Assembly: GCF_001447785.1 (NCBI RefSeq) | Contig: NW_015172070.1 | Coordinates: forward strand, 252,320-314,836 | Source: Gekko japonicus | Taxonomy: Eukaryota | Reading direction: 5' to 3' | DNA: 62,517 bases | Part shown: one piece after another, positions 13,501 to 25,500 of the stretch | Layout of the letters: every line of letters starts with the position of its first letter | Numbering within the stretch: position 1 is the stretch's first letter | Translations under genes and position numbers: made by a program | The notes under the pieces: model-generated | The model's database searches: none | What the model was told of the DNA's origin: nothing | The model's input: only the letters and a program-made list of their open reading frames with translations

Positions 13501-15512
13501 GTTTGTTTTTTTTAAAAAAAGGAACTGTGCCGCGCTCACGCCTCCCTTTGCCCCGCTTCTATTGGTCAATTTCCCACTCAAAGCCGTGCGGCTGCATTTT
13601 GACCCGCGGCTTTGCCCCATTTTCCCCGCATTTTGTGATCCTCAAAAAACAGGATCACGAAACCGCAGGGAAAATCGGGCGAAGCCACAGGTCAAAATGC
13701 AGCCCCGTGGCTTCGAGTGGGAAACTGACCAATGGAAACGGGGCAAAGGGAGGCATGACGGCAGCGTGGCTCCTTGTGTGAAATCAGCCTAGGTCACAGG
13801 CAGAGTATCCAGAGAGATTGATTTGGTCCCCAATTGAAGAACCAGCATTTTAACACAACTGGGTCACATACGTGACATTTCTAATCTGCAAAACAGAACC
13901 CATGTTCATTCCCCCCCCAAACACACACACAGCCTTGCGAGCGACAACTGTTGCTATGTCTGTTTTGTGGATGGGAAACAAAGGAAGGTTTCCATGTAGA
14001 ATGCAAGAATCCCAACTTAAACAGGAGGATCTGCGTAACCCCATGCCCGTTCTGAGCAAGACCTGTGGGCCTCCCAGGGCTTTCCCCTTTAAGTAGGATC
14101 AAAGGAAAACCTCTTTTGATCCGGTTCTAAGGAGGATCTGCAAGGGGATGTTCCACCCGCGGACATTTCTTCAAGATGGCGGAGCTAATGTTCTGCATCC
14201 ACCTCTTTGGCCCTTTAGAGGGGCCTTTCTTTCCCCAATTGGGTTTCAATGCAGCTTTGCAAGGAATGGGAAAGGGGCTGTCGGGCGGCAGGCTGGTGGT
14301 GAGAGCGTGATCTCCGTCACATCTAGCCTTTGGTGCAGATGATAGGAAGAGGGGCGGCGGCAGCAAACTGCATGTGGGCAGGATGCACAGTTATCATTCC
14401 CACCTAGATTCCATACTACTTGCTCCTGTTGCTTTGGGGTCTCCTTACAGAAGCTGCCTAATGCAGCTTGGTGTTCAGCAAGTGGACAGAGAGACTTTTT
14501 TTCCTCTCCAGAATACTTTAACTGGGGGGGGGAGAGAGAATCATCCCATGGAAGTGATGGGGAAGGGATTGAAGGCAGACAAGAAGTAGTAGTGCTTCTT
14601 CCCCCAACACAACTGGCAGAATCTGCCACTACAGAATACAGAGGTGACCCTTGGTTCAAACCCAGTTCTCACAATGCTCCTGAAAGCTCTTTCCAGCTTC
14701 TATCCCACAGCTGGTGTGCACATGGGGGGGGACCCCCCCAGAAATGCATCTTTAAGTGTGCCAAATTCCTGAACCAAGGGCTATGCAGGAAGGTGGATTT
14801 ACAATCAAACTTCCAACTTTGCACACCTTAACATGTGCATGCAATTTCACTTTTGGGTGGCATTCAAAGGGAACTACATAAATTCCTAAAGGACGAAAGA
14901 GGTCTAGCAACAGCTATTGGCCGTGATGGCTAAATGGAGCCTCCATGTTCCAAGCTAGTCTACCTCTGAATAACAGGGACAAAGAACAGGGGAGAGTTGT
15001 TACCCTCTTGCCCTTCTTGGGGGCTGTCTGCAGTATCTGGCAGGCTACTTTTGGAGAAAGGATGCCGGGCGAGATGGACCTACTATTCTTGGCCCCTATC
15101 CAACAGGATTACGTTCTTTTAGCAGAGCATCTGCATAGTAAAGAGTCTGAAGTATTTGCTTTTCCAGTTTGAGTGATGGTCTCCTGTTCCTGTTGCCAGG
15201 TACGACCTGTGTGTCACAGCCCTGAATGGGGCCATCTACACTATCGGAGGGGGCGCCTTTCGCTTTGATATGGACACTGGCGAGTGGACCCCAGTGGACG
15301 AAGAATGCTTGACCGAGAAGTTCTTTAAAGGGTGCAGTACAGTGAATGGACGGATTTACCTCCTAGGGCAAAGGCAAGGGAACTCCGCCATACCAAACAT
15401 GGTTCTCTTGGACCCGTATCTGGACATGTGTCAGGAGGTGGACAATAAGCTCCCTTGCCCTCTCCCCATTCATGGAACAGCCTCCATACGGAGATTTGAC
15501 ACATGGGCATAA
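9111..15512 (+). CDS. BTB-BACK-Kelch (KLHL-family) protein; exons 9111-10029, 12086-12497, 15200-15512 (1644 nt, 547 aa)
   Basis: BTB (LARHSRYFEAMFYGGTRE...LLDFAQTG), BACK (LLQSDELFVAREDVVFDTVMRWV) and six kelch-like repeats (LFVTGGY, LYVMGG, IYVICG, IYTIGG, IYLLG). Junctions GTAG|GTAACT..ACCAG|GG and CCTAG|GTGAGT..GCCAG|G are in phase. Strong Kozak AAAATGG with an upstream in-frame stop. Confidence 0.9.
10590..10780 (-). mobile_element. 5S rRNA-derived SINE
   Basis: Reverse complement contains GATCTCGTCAGACCTCGGAAGCTCAGCGGGGCCGACCCTGG, resembling the 5S internal control region. Confidence 0.65.
10918..11123 (+). mobile_element. ~205-bp hAT-type MITE (family A) inserted in a SINE
   Basis: TIR CAGTGTTC.CTCTAAG / CTTAGAGGGAGCATTG; 8-bp TSD CCTGTGAG/CCTGTGGG. 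Confidence 0.8.
11300..11505 (+). mobile_element. 5S rRNA-derived SINE
   Basis: GCCCGATCTCATCAGACCTTGGAAGCTAAGCAGGGTC...GGAAGGGAG matches 5S rRNA boxes A/C, followed by a non-5S tail. Other copies at 12545-12755 (-) and 27855-28140 (one +, one -). Confidence 0.75.
13162..13790. mobile_element. DNA transposon remnant (Harbinger-like TIR) with a nested poly(A)-tailed LINE 3' fragment at ~13193-13521
   Basis: TIR-like ends ATTTCACACAAG / CTTGTGTGAAAT. The inner AT-rich segment ends AATAAA...poly(A) and is flanked by the 13-bp TSD GAACTGTGCCGCG. Confidence 0.6.
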
Positions 15513-16050
15513 AAGCGCCAATGCCCATGCTAAAATGGGTTCGCCTTCCTCACAACAGTGCTCAAAAGATGAGGAAATGGGGCAGTGTCTCGTGTCGGCC
15601 AGTAACGCAGAACAGCCGTTGTGTTCATGTGTCGACATCTGGCACCATCCCCACACACGTCACCACTCTATTTACAAGTTTTCAGGCAAAATACATGCAA
15701 ACAAAACGCTTCTCTAGGCCCAGCCTGATTTGGGGCCTCTCGCCCACTCCAGCACTCCTTCAGTTCCTTTTGCAAAACTGCCTCAAATTGAAAGATGACT
15801 TGCAAACTGCGGCAGAGCAGGTGCTGAAACAGCCACAAGAGACACACACGGCACTGCTTCCCAGCTCTTTATCAGCAGTATTATGAACAGTGTCTCAGAT
15901 TTGTTCACCACCACCTAAGGGGTCTTGAGTTGCAGACAGCTCCCTAATTCCAACCCCCCCCCCCCAAAAAAAAAGAGAGGAAGTAGATACTAAGACAGGA
16001 AAACACACACTGGGCTTTGGGGGAGCAAGCAGGAGAACCAAAAATCAAGT

Positions 16051-16056
16051 TTTATT
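16051..16056 (-). other. Candidate polyadenylation signal of the CTDSPL2-like gene
   Basis: TTTATT on + (AATAAA on -), ~510 nt past the stop codon. A second candidate lies at ~16492. Confidence 0.5.
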
Positions 16057-16567
16057 TTTCATTTACAAAATCATTTTTGCAATTACAAAAGAATATGGTA
16101 CAGGTCAGAAAACTCTCTGCAGCCTTTGACGCAGGAAATTCACATAAAGGCATCCATTGGACAAGCCAAGGGCAAAAAAAATCCCCAATACGAAGCTAGG
16201 GCTTAGATGGAGGAGAACTCTCTTCCCTCCGAACACATGCAAGTCGCATAAACGGGGAGGGGGGGGGATGCATATTATCACCCTCCCTAGAATGAAGATG
16301 GCACAATAATGTCTTCCCAGCCCAAAGCAGTCACGTTCTGTAAGATCTGTTTTCCTGCCACTCCCCCCAAGTTCATGACAAATCCTTCCAAAGCTGCCGA
16401 ACTTCCCAATCTTGTGATCCCAACAAATTCAAGTCAATGCAAGCAAAAATTCACCAGGACCACAGCCTGAAGGATCTCCCCCAGATCCTATTTTATTTCT
16501 AGGGCTTTTGATTGCACCAAACCAAACCAGGTATGGGAATAAAGGGCATTCGTGCCCAAAAAGGATA

Positions 16568-19500
16568 TCAAGCCTCCTCTGTTGGCTTGCCGCGATGTTT
16601 CGTCTCTATTTCAGCACGGATATCATCCTGCAGAAGAAAAATCGCTACTTTTGATAGTGGTAGGTGGATATGAAAACCAATTTCCCTAGCGTTGCCAGCT
16701 GCCAGGTGGTAGCTGGAGATCTGCTGGAATTACAAATGATCTCCAGGCAAGAGAGATCGGTTCACCTGGAGAAAATGGCGACTTTGGAAGGTGGACTCCG
16801 TGGCATTCTAACCCCCCATTGAAGCCCCTCCCCAAACCCCGCCCTCTTCAGGTTCCACCAACAAAATATCCAGGTATTTCCCCAATCCTACTCTTAACTA
16901 GGAATGCTATCCAGAAGTGGGGCAGGATCTAATGAAATGAGGGGAGAAGGGAAGAGAGGAAAGGGGGTGATCCAAGCTGTATTCCAGCAAGCTGGAATTT
17001 CCTGCTCCGGCTATGAGGACTAGAAACTTGATTTAAAAAAGAGTATCTCTCCTGCTATGGACGTGAGGAATGGAATCTTGATTGAATAAAAGAGACACGT
17101 AGAATTTCTCACCCGTTTTCATGTGATTATCGAGGCTGTCCAATTATCCCTTTGCTTAGAATCCATATTCCCACAAGACTTACCACCTGGGTAAGACGTT
17201 TCAGCACTGGTATCAGGTGCAGCAATTCCTTGTCCTGCGGACTTCCCAGCCACTTTGGGATCAATATCACATTGGAAGTCTTAGCAGAGTGGAAGAGAAA
17301 CAGGGAGGAGGGAGACATTTATTTTGGGGTTTTTTTTTCTATATTTCTCCACACTACAGAGTGCCACTTGAAGATTTTAGCAAGCTCAGATACTAAAGAT
17401 TTGGGGCTCAAAATATAAGAGCGCAGGTGGAATGTGCAGTTAAAACAGCCCCTGAGTAACCTGAGTAACCACAGGGTCTACTCAGCTGACACGTGGGTTA
17501 CAGAGACAATGCCACAGGCGTAGGGCAAGAGTCTGAGCCAGCCCCATAGGAGTCTCTTGGCCAAGGCTCCCCCTAAGCTGCAGAGTCTTGTGAGCAAAAA
17601 TTCTACTTTGTGAGCTACTGGCATTAAAGTTGTCAGCGAGCGATCTGGCTTCTGCATAAATTGGTTTGCTCTGGAGCCCATCCTTCCTGTGCTGAGACAA
17701 AAAATGTGTGAGCCGGAGGCTAAAAAACTGTGGCCTAGCTCACACTAACTCAGCTTAGAGGGAACACTGCTCTTGGCTCAGCTTGTTTCTTGTGGCCAGG
17801 AGCCCTTTAAAGCTGGGAACTTCCCCGGTAAATCAAACAGCCAGATGACCCCTGTACAAACATGACAGCTTTCCATCTGGGGAGCTTGATTTTCCCATCT
17901 GAGAGTTGATTGCATGGATCTGGAGAAGGAAAGGCAACTTGTTTGCTCTCCTCCTATTGCTAATCGACCTGCCCCTCACGCGTCTCCTGCAGGGCTTTTT
18001 TTGTAGAAAAAGCCCAGCAGGAACTCATTAGCATAATAGGCCATACCCAACAGCAGGAACTCAGTAGCATATTAGGCCACACCCCTGACAGCACAGTTTA
18101 TTAGCATATTAGGCCACACCCCCATGTTATTAGAAGTGTGGTCATCCAGCCACACCCACCTTTTGCTTCTTATTCTGTTTACCTTGTTTGTTGTCAAAAC
18201 CCAGGGCTTTTTTTGGAGCAGGAACTTCTTTGCATGTTAGGCCACACACCCCTAATGTAACCAGTCCAAATGAGTTCCTGCTGTTGAGTGTGGCCTATTA
18301 TGCTAATGAGTTCCTGGCCAGGCGTGGCCAACTTAGGAGCCAGCCGGAACTCCGTTCCTGTGTGTTCCTGCCCAAAAATAGCCCTGGCTCTCCTGGCATA
18401 TCTCCCTTCTCTCCTGAGGACAGCTCCCATCCAGAATGAATTTTTCTTCCCCGCCCCAGAAAGACACCCTTAAGGCCCTTGTTCTCCTTGAAAGCGATCA
18501 GTTCATTAGAAGTTAGGCTGCTAACATTTCAGTGGCTAGATTCATTAAAATGGGATGATCAACAAAAAAAAAGGTGCCCTCCAATTAACACATTTACAAA
18601 AAAATATTCCCAGTTATGTGAATACAACTATTAACTAAACATGGCAGGTGCTACCTCAGAAGAGACACACACACACACACATCCTGCTTCCTCTGGTACC
18701 AAAGAGTGCCTCTTCCCAAGCAAGGCCTGCTCCATCAAAAGAAGATGCTTTAGGAACAGCCCCATCTCTCTTCCCTTGAAATCCTACTTTGGACCCATCC
18801 TTTTGTACAAGACAGTGTGTGGTTTGATGTGAGGAGAGGGTTAGCTTCTGTGTCAATCTGCTTAAGAGGTTTCCCCCTCAAAAAACATTTCTGTTCTGCT
18901 TCCTTTAAGCATGTGCTTGGAGAGTCACTTTCTGCGATGGTTCCCCACTGCACACAACATGGTTCAGTCTGGCAGATACCCTTCTTTAAGCTACAGGGCA
19001 CTGGGAAAAGAGGGAGAGGAAGGGTTGAAAACTGATCCAAACACTTACCTGGTAAGGAAATGCTTCCAAGCAATTTGCTACAGCCACAGTCCTGGCCAGG
19101 TCTCTCTGCAGTACAGAAAGATCCTTGATGTAATAGCCCTGGCTACACAGGCAGTCTTCTTGATAAAGCCCGTGTCTGGTAGGGTGAGAGAAGAGAGGAC
19201 GGGGCAGCAATTAAGCTGATTAACACATCCATCAGTTGGAAATGTTTAGATCGAGTAAAAAGGTGCTCTCTGATTAATCGGGAGTTTTTTTTAAAAAAAT
19301 GTTAAAATGTGTATAAAAAAGGTAAAGGTTTCCCTTGCTCGAAAGCCAGTCGAATCCGACTCTAGGGTTACGGTACTCATCTCCGTTTCTAAGCCGAAGA
19401 GCCAGCGCTGTCTGAAGACATTTCTGTGGTCATGTGGCCGGCATGACTAAACACCAAGGCGCACGGAACGCTGTTACCTTCCCACCGAAGTGGTCCCTAT

Positions 19501-22500
19501 TTATCTACTGGCAATTTCTTGCTTTCGAACTGCTAGGGTGGCAGGAGCTGGAACTAGAGACAGGAGCTCACTCCGTCATGCGGCACACTCGGGTCTCGAA
19601 CTGCTGAACTACTGACCTTCCACAGCCTGCAGTTCAGCGTCTTAACCACTTGAGCCACCGCAGCTCCTATATGTGTATAAGACAATATAAAAGTGGCAGG
19701 CGGCTAGCAGTATAATTCAGAAGAGGCATTCCACCTCCTCTCTCACGTGGGAAGGAATGCCTTGTTGCAGGAAAACATTTGTATTCTGGGCTACTTTTAG
19801 GCTGGCATTCTGATGCCAACAGAGAGGTCACTCAGACAACACTCTTGGAAATATTGGATGTGATGTTTAGGGTTGCCGATCTTCAGGTGGTGGCTGGAGA
19901 GTGCTCACTATTACAACTGATCTCCAGGCAACAGAGATCTGTTCACCCGGAGAAAATGGATGTTTTGGAAGGCAGACTCTATGGCAGTGATAGCGAACGT
20001 TTTAGAGACCGAGTGCCCAAACTGCGACCCAAAACCCACTTATTTATCGCAAAGTGCCAACACGGCCATTTAACCTGAATACTGAGGTTTTACTTTAGAA
20101 AAAACAACTCATGCATTAACTTAAGATGATCCAAACAAAGTAAGGAAAGCAATCCCGAATGCTTTCATTGACTTAAAAGTATTTGACAGAGAATTCGACA
20201 CTTTAATGATGGTCTGGGCCTGGCTGGGGCAGTGGCACGCATGTCTACAGAGAGGGCTCTGAGTGCCACCTCTGGCACCCGTGCCATAGGTTCGCCACCA
20301 CTGCTCTATGGCATTCTACCCCGTCGAAGTCCCCCCCAACCTCACCCTCCTCAGGCTCCACCCCCAAAATCTCCAGGTATTTCCCAACTTGGAGCTAGCA
20401 ACCCTAGATTAACTGAGCTAAATACAAGGACTCTCCACCTCCCTTCCATCCAACCCCCTTGACTCAGGGTTACCAACTTCCAGGAGTTTTCCTGGAATTA
20501 CAACCAATGCTCCCTCTAAGCTATGGAGTCTTGTGAGCTACTGGCATTAAAGTTGTGAGAGAGCGATTTGGCTACAGCATCAATTAGTTTGCTCTGGAGC
20601 CACCCTTCCTGAGCTAGGACAAAAATGTGTGAGCCGGAGGCTAAAAAACTGTGAATAGCTCACACTAACTCAGCTTAGAGGGGACACTGAAACTGATATC
20701 CAGGCTACAAAGATCAGTTCCCCTGGAGAAAACGGCTGCTTTGGAGGGTGGACTGTATGGCACCAAAATCCCCGCTGAGCTCCCTTCCCTCCCAAGGCAC
20801 TGCAACCCAAATATCCAGGAACTTTACAAAGCTGGAGTTGGCAATCCTGTTAATTGGCTTGGAGTTCTGCAAGAACATTTCTCACCTGATCAGCTTTCTC
20901 TGCAGTCCAAAGGCCTCCAGAATTTTATCAGCATAGTCCTGCTTGGCAGCCGTGAAAATGAAGACCTGAAGTCAGACAAGGAAAGTGGCCTGAAGTTTAT
21001 TTCCAGCCAGTTGTGGAATAATCCTTGAATAACAACACCCCCCACCACGCAAAACCCCTATTCAAGGCTGGAATCAAATGGAACATTTTTCAGAATGGTG
21101 GAGGCGGTGGGATAGCACCACCTAATGCAAAACATGTGTTTCCTCTCTGTTGCGGGGAGTTCTGCTTTCAGTGCATTCCAAGCCCCATTCATCCTCCAGG
21201 AAAGAAGACACACATAGAGTCTTTAATGCAAATACAGCTGTTGTGTGGAGGAGGGACTATTGGCTAGCAACTGTAATGTCATTGGAGCCAAGTAACATCC
21301 CACCCCCAGCCTCCAGAGCACTTTTGCACCTGCTTTGTTATTTTTTATTTTTTTAAAATTCCCCAGTAAAAGTACATATGTAGATAGATTATATTTTAAA
21401 ATTAAACACAAATACTGCCAAGACATATTGACGAAAGCTTTCTTATAGTTTAAAATCCATTTTGTACTGATCACAGCAGGGCTCTGCAACTTGGGATCCG
21501 AATGCCGCTCAGAATGGATTCAAACACAGCACCAGGAGCATGCAGGGATAGGGATACCGGGTCCTCCCAGCCACTCGCGGAGCATGGGGTTGCCAGATTG
21601 ACGTTGGGAAACTCCTGGAGATTTGGGGATAGAGCCCAGGGAGGACAGAGACCTCACTGGAGTACAATGCCACAAAGTCCACCCCGCAAAGCATCCATTT
21701 TTTCCAGGGGAACTGATCTCTGTAGTCTGGAAATGAGCTGGAATTCCAGGAGATCCCCAGGTCCCACCTGGAGGCTGGCAACCCTAAGGGGTACTCCCCT
21801 CCAATGTTCCCTCTAAGCTGTGGAGTCTTGTGAGCAAAAATTCTACTTTGTGAGCTACTGACATTAAAGTTGTAAGCGAGCAATTCAGCTACTGCATAAA
21901 TTAGTTTGCTCTGGAGCCCTCCTTCCCAAGCTAAGACAAAAATGTGTGAGCTGGAGCAGGGGTCGTTTCGTAGAAAAAGAGCTAGGGGAACTCATTAGCA
22001 TAACTCATTAGCATATGCCACACCCCCTGACATCACCGGAAGTGTGTCATAAGGCCACACCCCCTGACATCACCAGAAGTGCGTCATAAGACCACACACC
22101 CCGCCCCCAACGGTCCTGGCCACCGTCGCCGGCCTTGCAGCTCCACTGCCGAGCCCCATGAGGGGCCCGGCGGTGGGGCGGAAGTGCAAGGAAGCCCCGC
22201 GACGGCCCTCCCTGGCCCCAGGCAGGCAGGGGTGGGGAGAGGCAGGGAGGAAGCAACTTACCCTCCCTCTTCTCCTGCCTCCTCCTGGCTGAATGAGGGC
22301 CGGAAGCGGGGTGGCCGGAAGCAGGGGGCGGGGCTTTGTCATGTGCCCTGCCCCCCTGTACCTCACCTGGGGGAACTGCGATCCCCCGCGATCCCCCCCG
22401 AAATGACCTCTGAGCTGGTGGCTAAAAAACTGTAAGCTAGCTCACGCTAAGTCAGTTTAGAGGGAACACTGGTCACCTCCCTGGCAGATATGGCTGGCCC

Positions 22501-25500
22501 ATGGCAACAGTAAAGCAGGAGACAATCATATGAAGAGGAGGAGGGAAAAGAAGAAGAGATAGGATTTATACTCCATCCTTCACTCAGAGTCTCAGAACGG
22601 CTCACAGTCTCCTTCCCTTCTCTCCACAACAGACACCCTGTGAGGTAGGTGGGGCTGAGGAAGCTCTTTTGAGGACTGTTCTTGAAAGAACAGCTCTGAG
22701 AGAGCTGTGACTGACCCAAGGTCACCCAGCTGGCTGCATATGGAGGAGTGGGGAATCAAACCCAGTTCTCCCAGATTAGAGTCCACCGCTCTTAACCGCT
22801 ACACCAAACTGGCTCTCTGTAACTTGCCACTGCCTTGGAAGGGGCTAGGTGACAGGGGTTAGATGCCAGACTTTGCATTCAGCTTTCTGGCACCGTTGTT
22901 ATTTAGAGACCTCATTGTTCTGTTTCCCAATAAAGGACTTGCAACAACCAGTATTTGGGCTGCATCTCACCACATGGAAACAGGGTGAGGGTCTTGGAGG
23001 AAATAGCTGCTTTGGAGGGCGGTTCTCTGTGGCACTGTACCCTGCTGAGGTCCCTCCCCAAACTGCACCCTCCCCCCCCAAATCTCCTGGTATTTCCCAA
23101 CCCAGAGCTGGCAACCCTAGCTAAAGCACCAAATTCTAGATCTGCCTATCTGGGATCCAGCACGGGGGGGGGGGGGGCTTGGCACTTTTTGCATGTGCAG
23201 AAAAAAGGGGAAGGCCTTTTTTAAAAAAGGGGAAGGCCCTTTGTTGTCAGCAGGATGCTGAGCCTCCTCTGTGATCGCACTGTCAGGGTTTCTCTCTCAC
23301 CCCTGTCCAGGGATGGGAGCTAAACCGAGCATTCAGCAACAATTAAACAAACCCCAGGAGAATGTCTGTACACTCTCCAGGCTTTACCAGTAGTCACTGC
23401 CACCAGGATCTCTCACAAAAGGTCCCCACCAAAGATCAGGAGCAGAGATCCTAACTCCTGCCTGGTCTACAGGACTTAACAACTTTACCAGCTCTGTACC
23501 AGGGCTGCAAACAAGTAATTAACACAGCGGTAGCCTCCTTAGGCGAACGGCTTAGACACAAGATTCAGTCTTAGAAATCAGGTTGCAACAGAGGGAACAA
23601 GTCCAGATAATATTGATTATATATTCTCTTTATTCAGTGCACAAGCATGCACATAACATGAGACTAGCAAAAGGTAAGAAAACAAATGATATCTATAGCT
23701 TGTTCAGCTCTAACTACACAACAGAGGTATTCCATAGTTACCAGGCTTTTAGAGGTACCAGATGGTTCAATGTGCAAATATTCTAAGGTCTCACCAGGGA
23801 ATCTTGAAAAGGAACCCCATGGTGCTGTGGGCAGCTAAGTCCAGCTTGGCTGCCTAGTAGTAAAACTTCATGTTAGCAGCACAGTTGACAAGCAAGCAGC
23901 CAGTCCAAAAGAACTCTTTGTTTCCAGAGAGGAACTCCTATTTTCCCATATGGATTATTGCAATTATACCCCTTCCGTCACTACAGGGTATGGCCATTAC
24001 CCAATAGTGAGAGAGTGGGGAGGCATGCACAATCTCTGGTTACCATGCGTTGCCAGGCAAGGTATATTTTGATTGGCTAGGAGTTGGGAATCCTGTCTGC
24101 AGTTCAGGTACTCCAACTCCAGCCTCTTCAAGTGTCCATGTGTCATGTCAGGGAATGCTTTTGATGTGCTTATGTACTGGGCATAGCTCTTTCCCATGCT
24201 TGGGAAGGCGCCTGCATGTCTCTCTGCCCCAGCAAAGGTGTCAAAGTGTCTTGTATATGGATATGAGGCCTGGCCATTTGGTAGGCCATCTGCTCAGGTG
24301 ATGAAAGTCACACGGAAGTGTCACCAGCTAAGGCCATCTGTCCCAGGCAGGAAGAATTCAGAAAAGACTTTTTCTGTACACTCACAACCTGCAGGAAGGA
24401 ATGATTTGCAAAACAGGAACACACAACACTGGTTTTTTAATAAAATCCCCCCCCCCCCGCATTTAGGCCACAAACCAACATTAACATACCTCATAGATTT
24501 TGGCAAGTTCTTCCAGGAACTCTTTAAGGTGGGGCCTCAACTTGAAGGAAACCTCACAGAAACACAAAAACCAAGCCAATGGGTGAATGACGTAGGCCAG
24601 GGATTAGGGTTGCCTGGTCTGGGTTGGAAAATACCTGGAGACTTTGGAGGTGGATTTGGGAGAGGGCGAGGTTTGGGCAGGGGAGGAGCCTCAGCATGGT
24701 GCAATGCCACGGAGACCTCCCTTCAAAGCAGCCATTTTCTCCAGGGGAGCTGATCTCTGTCAGCTGGGAATCAATTGTAAAAGCAGGGGATCCCCAGGTA
24801 CCACCTGGAAGTTGGCAACCCTACCAGGGGTCCCCAACATTTTTGAGCCTGCGGACACCTTAGGAAGTGGGTGGGTGGGCGCAGCCACAAAATTACTGCC
24901 ACAGGAGGTACAGCCAGCCAGGAAAAGGTCGCCCCAGTTCACCATTATCACCATCACAATAACACAAATAAAATCAATAAATTTAGCCATAAAGGTGTAG
25001 CAGCTTCAAGTCCCCACTCATGCCATGGAAGCTTGCTGGGTGGCCTTGGGCCAGTCACACCCTCTCAGCCTAACCTACCTTGCAGGGCTGTTGTGAGGAT
25101 ATAACAGAGGAGAGGAGAATGAAGTAAGCTGCTTTGGGTCCCCATTGGGGTGTAAAGCAGGATATAAACAAAGTAAAATAAAATATAATTATCAAGGAAC
25201 CTGTCCTCCATGAGTATATTTAAATCCCTAGAAACTTAACCACTGTGTTGCAGGAACAATATGGTGCTGAAGAGCAATGCTCCCCCTGAGCTGTGGGGTC
25301 TCGTGAGCCACTGGCATTAAAGTTGTGAGCAAGCGATTTGGTTACTGCATTAAATTAGCTTGCCCTGGAGCCCTCCTTCCTGAGCGAAGACAAAAACGTG
25401 TGAGCCAAAGGCTAAAAAACTATGAACTAGCTCACACTAACTCAGCTTAGAGGGAACACTGCTGAACAGTGAAGAATGGCTTTACTTATAGAATCACAGA

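Noticed and set aside
22047-22435. Recurrent GC-rich ORFs (also at 26784, 29738, 32025)
   Set aside because: Chance ORFs inside MITE family B; no transposase motifs.
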